This document shows, piece after piece, positions 27,101-33,477 of a stretch of DNA of 54,180 nucleotides. Position numbers and translations under genes: made by a program. Origin of the DNA: a virus; the IMG/VR virus record IMGVR_UViG_3300009073_000006, positions 1-54,180 of that record. One strand, 5' to 3'. The notes under the pieces were generated by a model that saw only the letters and a list, made by a program, of their open reading frames with translations, did no database searches and was not told the origin of the DNA. Every line of letters begins with the position of its first letter. Position 1 is the stretch's first letter.

Positions 27101-29331
27101 TTATGAGGCAGCGATCTCAAGGAGATCAATTAGAAGTTGTTGTTAACGGTAAAACTGTAATTAATGAAGGTGAAAAAGTTCCAGTTTACAATGAGAAGGG
27201 TAACGGTGTTTACGGCATCGTTACTCGTGACGAGGTTGGTAAGTATAAGCAGGCTCACCAGCAAGCTTGGAACAGTGCGTATATTGACATTAGTGATTCT
27301 TGGAAACAAACTAGTGGTAAGAAAGAAGCAGGCGGTCGTTCGGGTTTGTATACTAATACTGATTTTATTGACGGCCAGTTGTTAGAGATTAGTGAGATGT
27401 TTGAAGAATCTGGGCGCAAGTTTATTGCGACTAAGTTCAGCGGCATGTTAGAGAATGTTAAAAACTTGCAACGAGTAGCTAATGTGCAGAAGCAAGGTTT
27501 GAGAAACTTTGTTACTGGTGAAGCTGGCGTAGCGTTTGATGATGCTTATGATATGTTTACTAATCAGTTGTTGAACACTTCGACAAGACATGAGGGTAGT
27601 TTATACGGTAGTTTAGGTATGACTATCGAGCATATTTTTGACACTACTGTTGGTAAGATGTTTGACGGTTTACATAGTATTCCTAAAACTGGCGGTAAAA
27701 AAGGTAACGCTGCGATGCAAGCAGCTTACGAGAAGCTGGCTAAAGAGACTGGATTTGATCCTGCGGAGTACGCTATTCGTATGGCAGAGCGTGGCATGGG
27801 CGAGAAGATGCCGCCAAATATGCTCAAGGTAATGCGCGGCGCTGCAAGCTTCACACAGTCAATGGCTTTGAAGTTTTTTGAAGTTGGTCACGCTGCACTG
27901 ACTAGTGCGAGTATTGCCACAACAGTACCGCATAACGTTGAATGGATGCGTCGTAATGCTGGTGAAAGTGTTGAAGCTTTTAAATCCAGAGTAGGTGTTG
28001 CGGGCGATTTGCTAGATGATGATTTTGCTGTGCCTAACGGCAGCAAGTTAGCTATGACTACGGTTATGAAGCATTTAAAAGGTGAATACAACGACGTGAT
28101 CGGCGAAGCAAGTAAGCTTGGTTATCTTGACAGTCAGATTGCGGAGTTTGTTAATGAATTAACTGCTCCTAGAAAAACTGCGCTGGGCAGAGGTGCTAAA
28201 AAGTTTGGCGACTTCGCGGGGTTGGTTAGTGGAAAATCGGAAGACTACGCAAGAACGATTAGTTTTTTAACTGGTTATGAAATGTTTAGTAAGCAAGGTA
28301 AAATTAATCCGAAAATGGCAATGGCGTTGAGTAATGATTTTGCCAATAAAGTTATTGCAGACTATCGCCCGCATCAAAGAGCCGAGGTTTTTAAAGGCGC
28401 TACTGGTATCCCGTTAGCTATGTTCCAAACGTTTGCGATTAACTACTTCCAACGGTTGTTGCAGAATGTCGAGAACAAACAATGGAAAGCTTTGGCTACG
28501 CAGTATGGTACGCAAGCTTTTGTATTTGGCGGAAGTAGTGTTCCAGGTTTTGAATTTATTAACGAGAAAGTTTTAGAAACTTGGGACGAGAAAGCTAGAC
28601 CAGAAGATTTAGTTCGTGATGGTTTTGGTAAAGGCTTGTCTGATGTTTTGCTATACGGGACTTTAGGTAATTTGCCAAAGTTGCTGGGTGCAGATGATGG
28701 ATTAGCGTTTCACACTCGCGGTGAAATGTCAGTGCCGAGGAATATTACCTTTGGCAACTTTACAGAAACACCCGTTGCACAGTTGGTAGCACGCAGCGGT
28801 AGTGCTATGCTTGAAGGGTTTAAAGCTGCGACAAGTAACGGCGATGTTGGTGGCAGGCAAAGACTGCAAGAAAGTTTAATTTACGCGATACCTAATCGTC
28901 CGGTTAAGGGATTGCTAGAGTACGCACAAGGTTACAGTACCAACCGCCGAGGCGAGATAATTAACGATGAAATTTCGGGACTTTACAAGTTTGCTCAACA
29001 GGTCAGCGGATTGAAAGCGTTGAGGGATGCTGACAAGGCCGCAGCGCTGTGGAGAGATCAGGAAACGCAAATGAGCCAGCGGAGTAGCATGTCACGACTA
29101 AGCGCATCTGTTGAGGCTGGTATGAGGGCTGGAGGGGTAGGTAATTTTTCATCAGGACAGATACAAACAGTGATGGAAAGATACTTTGCAAATGGTGGTA
29201 GTCCGCGAGGATTTAAAAGATGGTATCGTGAGCGGTTAATGCGTAGTCAGTATAGTCGAAGTGACCGAGCGTTACTTAGAGCGCTCGGCCAAGGTGATCG
29301 TGGTCAGGATATTTTGAGGTTTGCTGATTAA
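24178..29331 (+). CDS. giant internal virion / ejection protein
   Basis: 1717 aa and the last gene of the late arm, analogous in size and position to T7 gp16-class proteins. No enzymatic motif recognised. Confidence 0.45.
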   Translation: MTESIFIDPQEFANEEIVNYHRERRRNQRISAGSIAFAPVGAVAGGLDTIGQSLGIVDDQDFERFFNGLNENAGDMYKRNKVGYRFAGDVASMFVGAGAASKLLRSGGMISSVLQKGGSVGRAIDRTVSINQSRVDDLVQEYAKFSEVVGSNAAPGTTTFAHGRKLRSQARLATAANDLRGGLAAEAFIFGAMSESELFFPEGQKTSDMVYMSAAGLGLGGALGQLFITPALKRAGGRAAREALERGDIISDDAGLDLVTASKIIDETSLGVPVDILADAPELQGTFNNLNSAAQNNARKATEQLTENSPLGGMSSNVTVTQGVVDTVLDVARGNDKMIANTLSIETGDTLSDFVNKSAAAVKKLEKQRDELKASQADAANDALRNKLNGELIDIDTQIKNLQGDAYAVRVSSVGNLSTNPNQPTIFDGGKVKVSKVNNKVKGAGNEVFYASEGSKDTTLGVTTDGRIVRGNKQISTTAGLSVREMTKPYAAMARAQKNLSKTLADDSIIVKSRHKITKNSNHMTFDYIIEAAKRLNLEDDLSPLDKMFDTSEFGTLSALKKASLDAKLKEFGKLKAAQLKALKSGQDLYNSESIGAILNLKFSDNFNSNNYSLQWFEDLYRAGKKTVGNDYVEAMEDFKQHLSLGSTKGTSAHLLAEKGTGIERLIETDLFKRLKNPQEPLTFIVSKSGRVDNSMFDTHNLIDIKKRHEQLRENELGEAVRTTAGAEMFGQIDDALINSPMLTKAMRDGSKVISQDAVDQPLFDKFGQLTPFSLNYLLRGVEGADSAGIIADIWQRQAKVFAANELKNNTKAMNKLRVKGNEESAARFLHYHSAMQQGWVLADNFVESGRRIKLEPENKKNKKIAEQMGLKQVPEFMPDPVARNGVPLIMDELSLAALAEVRRFSDMRWSMDNVLAKHLGRSGLQYRNGHTIEPSRYGKEMVFITDEFGKVVDYITEGNIVQGKKLANQRIAELMRQRSQGDQLEVVVNGKTVINEGEKVPVYNEKGNGVYGIVTRDEVGKYKQAHQQAWNSAYIDISDSWKQTSGKKEAGGRSGLYTNTDFIDGQLLEISEMFEESGRKFIATKFSGMLENVKNLQRVANVQKQGLRNFVTGEAGVAFDDAYDMFTNQLLNTSTRHEGSLYGSLGMTIEHIFDTTVGKMFDGLHSIPKTGGKKGNAAMQAAYEKLAKETGFDPAEYAIRMAERGMGEKMPPNMLKVMRGAASFTQSMALKFFEVGHAALTSASIATTVPHNVEWMRRNAGESVEAFKSRVGVAGDLLDDDFAVPNGSKLAMTTVMKHLKGEYNDVIGEASKLGYLDSQIAEFVNELTAPRKTALGRGAKKFGDFAGLVSGKSEDYARTISFLTGYEMFSKQGKINPKMAMALSNDFANKVIADYRPHQRAEVFKGATGIPLAMFQTFAINYFQRLLQNVENKQWKALATQYGTQAFVFGGSSVPGFEFINEKVLETWDEKARPEDLVRDGFGKGLSDVLLYGTLGNLPKLLGADDGLAFHTRGEMSVPRNITFGNFTETPVAQLVARSGSAMLEGFKAATSNGDVGGRQRLQESLIYAIPNRPVKGLLEYAQGYSTNRRGEIINDEISGLYKFAQQVSGLKALRDADKAAALWRDQETQMSQRSSMSRLSASVEAGMRAGGVGNFSSGQIQTVMERYFANGGSPRGFKRWYRERLMRSQYSRSDRALLRALGQGDRGQDILRFAD

Positions 29332-29386
29332 GGAGATATTACTGTGGAATTAAGAATAATAAAGATTACGCAAACAGTGATAAAAA

Positions 29387-29641
29387 CTATTGAGGTTCTT
29401 GACATGATGTAGTTCCTTTAGGTGAAAGTTTAGGTGAGAGTAGTGTGTTGTTTTTCTCGCAGAGAATTTTGGCAAAAGTTAAATCAAGAACTTTGCCGAT
29501 TTGTTCTCCGTCGAGGTAGCAATAAAAAAAATCTCCTTGTTTTTCGATTGAGTAATGTACGGGTGCTAATCCGTGGTGAGAAGGTGATTCGATAACGAGG
29601 TTGTTATGGTTTGTCCATGATAGTGCTGAGGTAGTTGTCAT
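29387..29641 (-). CDS. hypothetical protein (84 aa)
   Basis: Start trimmed to MTTTSALSW (ATG 29641), which forms an ATGA overlap with the stop of the upstream 42-aa ORF. Confidence 0.45.
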   Translation of the reverse strand: MTTTSALSWTNHNNLVIESPSHHGLAPVHYSIEKQGDFFYCYLDGEQIGKVLDLTFAKILCEKNNTLLSPKLSPKGTTSCQEPQ

Positions 29642-29766
29642 AATAAAAACTGGATAACAAACTGGATAATTTTTGAGATAAATGATATCGCAGCAAAACC
29701 GCATAATAGAACAGCCACTACTATGAAAAACGCTGTTGGTGTGTTAGTGTGTTTTTTATTAGACAT
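29638..29766 (-). CDS. small membrane peptide (42 aa, not in the ORF track)
   Basis: AGGAGAAAACAA then ATG. Translation: MSNKKHTNTPTAFFIVVAVLLCGFAAISFISKIIQFVIQFLL. One transmembrane segment. Confidence 0.45.
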   Translation of the reverse strand: MSNKKHTNTPTAFFIVVAVLLCGFAAISFISKIIQFVIQFLL

Positions 29767-29790
29767 TTGTTTTCTCCTGTTAAAAAGTTA

Positions 29791-29931
29791 TAAATGGAAC
29801 CTTTGGTTAGTGTGTTGACTACCTAGTTTACGCGTGGACCGCCTACGGCTGTGCCGAAGCTACGCTTACGGCTTTGCCTCCATCTATTTCCCCGCGAAAA
29901 TTCGTAGTCAACACACTAACCTTTCCATTTA
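29791..29931 (-). repeat. intergenic palindromic element, copy D (reverse orientation, best preserved)
   Basis: 141 bp. Perfect 18-bp inverted repeat GGTTAGTGTGTTGACTAC / GTAGTCAACACACTAACC, plus the outer stem TAAATGGAA/TTCCATTTA. Confidence 0.85.
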
Positions 29932-29938
29932 AACTTGT

Positions 29939-30598
29939 TTAATTATCTAGCATGTTGTCGGTGATGGTATCGTACAACGCCATATCAAAATCATACAACG
30001 CTTTAGCGTCGGCCAAAGCTTCGTGCTTACTAGTGTCGGGGCGAAAATCGGCGGCAAGACCGTGATACCTGTGGACGTCACGAAGCGAACAACCTGAACC
30101 ATAGTGCCAAGGCAATCTAGGCGCTTTTCTGTCTTGAGGTTTAGCAAACGGTAACTTGCAAGACCTCTCAAGTATCCCGATATCGAAGTTACCCCATGTG
30201 AACACGGTGTGATTTTCACGTGACATTAACGGGTTGTAGTCAGACGCCACCATAGTGAACATTGAATAATTGCAAAACTCAATGCAATTAATTATACTCT
30301 CTGCTAGTTCTTCCAAAGCTTCGCTTAGATGAACTCCGTGCTCAAATGAGTGCAAGTAACGCGAGTAAAGTTCTTTGTCTTTCAGCCATTGGATAGTTTC
30401 TGGATCAGACTTGCCGCCTTGTGGTAAGATAAAATCACTAAACTCGCCAATTTTTCTACCATCAATAACAATCACTGCACCGATTTCCCAAACGTTGCAA
30501 CCTGCTGTAGTTCCATCTGTTTCAATGTCGAGGTAGGTTTCGATTTTTGGCTTGTGAAGTATAGCCACGTTAGATGTTTCAGTAGATGTATCAGTCAT
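29939..30598 (-). CDS. DEDDh 3'-5' exonuclease (DnaQ-like)
   Basis: Start trimmed to ATG 30598 (AAGGAG 6 nt upstream). ExoI YLDIETDG, ExoII TWGNFDIGIL, ExoIII HEALADAKAL. Confidence 0.7.
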   Translation of the reverse strand: MTDTSTETSNVAILHKPKIETYLDIETDGTTAGCNVWEIGAVIVIDGRKIGEFSDFILPQGGKSDPETIQWLKDKELYSRYLHSFEHGVHLSEALEELAESIINCIEFCNYSMFTMVASDYNPLMSRENHTVFTWGNFDIGILERSCKLPFAKPQDRKAPRLPWHYGSGCSLRDVHRYHGLAADFRPDTSKHEALADAKALYDFDMALYDTITDNMLDN

Positions 30599-30624
30599 GT
30601 TTTTCTCCTTGGGGTTGTTGTTAA

Positions 30625-32049
30625 TCATTCCATAAACTTGCCAAGCAAAGTCGCAGCTTTACCTTTTTGTTCTCTTACTCTGTTTTTGCTAAATGACTTG
30701 TCAAATTTACCGTGGATTTTATTACGCTCTTTTACTTCGTCACTTAATGTAGGCATAACAATATCAATTTTCTGGCCTTCGTGTTGCTTAGTAGCTAGTT
30801 TGCAAAGCCCGTTTGTACAGAAGGCGTTTAACGCAGCCTCAAACTCTCTAACCTGCATGTCACGTAGCATGTTGCTGCGCAGTACCGACACCGAAACTCC
30901 CAGCGGCCAAGATGAAGTTATCATTTCTCGCATGTGTTGTTTAGCGATAGTTATTTTGTCTAAGCCGATCTCTCCTAAGCTTGCTGCCATGTTTATTTCG
31001 GTGGCTTCTAAGATCACTTGTGCGTCTGCTACATCACGGGGCAGTACCTCGTCACGGTTTTCTCCGGCGGCCAAGACCATGCAAAGCTTGATTAAATGGT
31101 CTTGCCTACGCTGGTCGTAGTGTTGAAAACGACTGTCATTAATCTTCGAAGTATATCCAAAATATAACTTAGTCATTATCTCGACAGTTTGATCTGCCAT
31201 TGAAAATTCGCCGATAAAGTTAAACGCTTTATTCAAAGCTTCACCGACGACAGCTTCCAGTTTTTTATCTAACTCGGGCGCGGGAAATACCTTGGGTCTA
31301 GCTACCCCTTCATAAACCATGATAGCCCTAGACGTAAAACCCTGCCCAACACTTTGCGGAGGTAAATGCGCAGCTAAACTTGTCGGGGTAATGCACCCTA
31401 ATAAATTCAAATAAGGATAATCAATATCTCTGGTTTCTTTTGATAATGTGTATTGATAATCTGCTGGACAGTAATAAATCTCTGTCAGAAAGTTAATCAT
31501 CTCGATCTGGTTTAATCCGATCAGCGTAGCTAACTCGTCAGCAAATATAAACAAACTTCTCGAAGTTACGTTATCATAATCATACGATCTGGATTTAGGT
31601 GCTTTAGCCTTAGCTGCTCTGTGCTTTGCAAACGCATCTGCGACAGGATTGTTTGTAATCTCTGGGTCAGTTATCATATCGGATATCTCGTCAGCTAGTT
31701 CTTCGTTTTTAGCTGACTGTCCGTAGGCATTGTAAAAAGAACTTAACAAACCTTGCTTTTTACCTGCGGTATCTGTTGGTCCGAATTTACAATTAGTGTA
31801 TTTTTCTAGTAGCTTTTTGCCTAAAGAAGCTGCTGACGATTTTCTAACCGCCGCAGGTCCGACGAGAAAAATATACATATTACTGAAATGATTAAACCGT
31901 CCAACTTGCAAAGAGTTATCACGATCTAAACATGCGGCCAAGGTACTGATACCTGACCACATATTAAAGATCAAAGGACTTTCTGAATTACCGCAGTAGT
32001 CCAGCCAATCTTTGATAAACTTGTTATGAATATCGTCGGAGTTTAGCAT
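30625..32049 (-). CDS. P-loop NTPase, putative replicative (SF3/D5- or DUF3987-like) helicase
   Basis: Walker A is LVGPAAVRKSS and Walker B is LFIFADEL. 474 aa in the replication module. Subfamily unverified. Confidence 0.5.
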   Translation of the reverse strand: MLNSDDIHNKFIKDWLDYCGNSESPLIFNMWSGISTLAACLDRDNSLQVGRFNHFSNMYIFLVGPAAVRKSSAASLGKKLLEKYTNCKFGPTDTAGKKQGLLSSFYNAYGQSAKNEELADEISDMITDPEITNNPVADAFAKHRAAKAKAPKSRSYDYDNVTSRSLFIFADELATLIGLNQIEMINFLTEIYYCPADYQYTLSKETRDIDYPYLNLLGCITPTSLAAHLPPQSVGQGFTSRAIMVYEGVARPKVFPAPELDKKLEAVVGEALNKAFNFIGEFSMADQTVEIMTKLYFGYTSKINDSRFQHYDQRRQDHLIKLCMVLAAGENRDEVLPRDVADAQVILEATEINMAASLGEIGLDKITIAKQHMREMITSSWPLGVSVSVLRSNMLRDMQVREFEAALNAFCTNGLCKLATKQHEGQKIDIVMPTLSDEVKERNKIHGKFDKSFSKNRVREQKGKAATLLGKFME

Positions 32050-32130
32050 GTTTGTCTTTCAGATAGGGCGGATTATCTGTGAGGATATTTAAGCTATTAG
32101 TGAAGCTGTTAGCTAACTACGGGCGGGTAG

Positions 32131-32589
32131 TTAGATCAGCGGGTGATGGTTAGACAACATTATCTGCGCAAGCTTACTTGCGTTTTCAACTGAATGATTA
32201 CCTTGTTGTTTTTCGGGAATATCAAACTCACCGATACCACGCATTTCAGAACTAACAAACATAGCTACGCTCGATGCGAGCAAAATAAAATGAGGTAAGC
32301 CTGAGTGTGCGTCGTAATGTTCACCGCCCATGATAGCGCGTGTGTGCCGATCTACTGAATTAATCAGGTCGGTTTGATTGAGACCCTTTTCCCAGTTGCG
32401 GGCAGAGTATTTTTCTCTATCGTAGTTTAATCCTGCGGCTGCGGCACAGATCAATTCATAAGGGACTAGCGATGTGTCAATTTTTGTCCCGATACTGGCA
32501 CGCTGTGCGCCGCTTTCGCGTTCGGGTTGTGAAGCTTTAACTTTAACGGTTGCTTTAGCTTCGGCTTTAGTTTTTCTTTTCTTAGTCAT
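32131..32589 (-). CDS. MazG-like all-alpha NTP pyrophosphohydrolase (DUF5664 / dATP-dGTP diphosphohydrolase-like)
   Basis: REKYSARNWEKGL....SVDRHTRAIMGG....SGLPHFILLASSVAMF fits the remembered KYG.RNWEKG / S..RH signature. Confidence 0.5.
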   Translation of the reverse strand: MTKKRKTKAEAKATVKVKASQPERESGAQRASIGTKIDTSLVPYELICAAAAGLNYDREKYSARNWEKGLNQTDLINSVDRHTRAIMGGEHYDAHSGLPHFILLASSVAMFVSSEMRGIGEFDIPEKQQGNHSVENASKLAQIMLSNHHPLI

Positions 32590-32775
32590 GTTCTTTCCTT
32601 CGGGCTAGAAGTTATGTATCGTTATTGCGTAGCATGTTTATAATCGTGGTTAGCGAAAGCTTGAGGGACAGTCAAAACTCTCGCTAACCACTGGTCGAAC
32701 AAGGCGGTCCGTCCGCCCGATTTCTCGCCTTATTCTATTCAGTCAGGTAAACATGCAAACCTGACTGAAATTCTT
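32590..32775 (-). other. structured 186-nt intercistronic region (three hairpins)
   Basis: Stems: 32646..32656 with 32681..32691 (11 bp perfect), 32703..32707 with 32713..32717 (GGCGG/CCGCC), and 32739..32747 with 32760..32768 (9 bp perfect). Confidence 0.6.
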
Positions 32776-33477
32776 TTACGCTTTAGCTTTAGATTTACCT
32801 TCGGCAGGCTCTTCGTCTTCAAGCACCAAAACAGGCGCTTCTTGCACTGCTTCATAAGCGCAGCAAAACAACTCGCCCATTTTCTCATGGTACTCACTGG
32901 AAAACAATCCGCCAACACCGCCAAGATAACCCGGCGCGTTACCGCCTTTATGACGCAAAGGTGATTGCCCGCGGTTCAAGAAAGCACTGTGCATTAGCCC
33001 AGAAGCGCAACACATATTATCCAAAACAGCCGCGTTCATTTGACCAGTGACAGAATTAAACGCGTTAGTTGTTTCACCTACGCTACCGTCTGGGTTACAC
33101 TGTTCAAACAAAGGCTGGCCCATGTCGTTGTGTTTCTGTGTACCTGACAACGGTTGGTTGTGTCCGATAGTAGACAACGGATCACCGCAAGGTTCGCAAC
33201 GCGCTACTGGTGAAACAAGTTGCAGCATGCGTTCTAGCATTAACATCACCGCAGCTTTAGCCGCAGGCGTCATGGCTAGTTCATCGACACAAAAATCAGG
33301 AACACACTGGCACGGTTCGCAATCCGCTAGTGCTTTATCAAATTCGCAAGGTTCAATGTGGATAGGAATATCGCACGCAGGACGAACAACAAAGTGATGC
33401 ACATCTGGGCAACATTCATTGACGTGGTTAATTGGTTCACAACTTGGCAGTGACGGGGGGTTGATATCTTTAGCCAT
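32776..33477 (-). CDS. Cys-rich hypothetical protein
   Basis: 233 aa. Repeated CEP/EPC motifs (SCEPINH, ECCPD, EPCEF, DCEPCQC, RCEPCGD). The start overlaps the DNA polymerase stop by 8 nt. Confidence 0.55.
   Translation of the reverse strand: MAKDINPPSLPSCEPINHVNECCPDVHHFVVRPACDIPIHIEPCEFDKALADCEPCQCVPDFCVDELAMTPAAKAAVMLMLERMLQLVSPVARCEPCGDPLSTIGHNQPLSGTQKHNDMGQPLFEQCNPDGSVGETTNAFNSVTGQMNAAVLDNMCCASGLMHSAFLNRGQSPLRHKGGNAPGYLGGVGGLFSSEYHEKMGELFCCAYEAVQEAPVLVLEDEEPAEGKSKAKA

Noticed and set aside
29387-29704. The 105-aa form of the minus-strand ORF starting MRFCCDIIYL.
   Set aside because: The upstream 21 codons overlap a better-supported 42-aa ORF with a strong RBS. The internal ATG at 29641 forms an ATGA overlap with that ORF's stop.
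32131-32589. 2-aminoadenine (Z-base) DNA pathway, suggested by the MazZ-like pyrophosphohydrolase.
   Set aside because: No PurZ-like adenylosuccinate-synthetase homologue or HD-domain dATPase (DatZ) could be recognised in any ORF.
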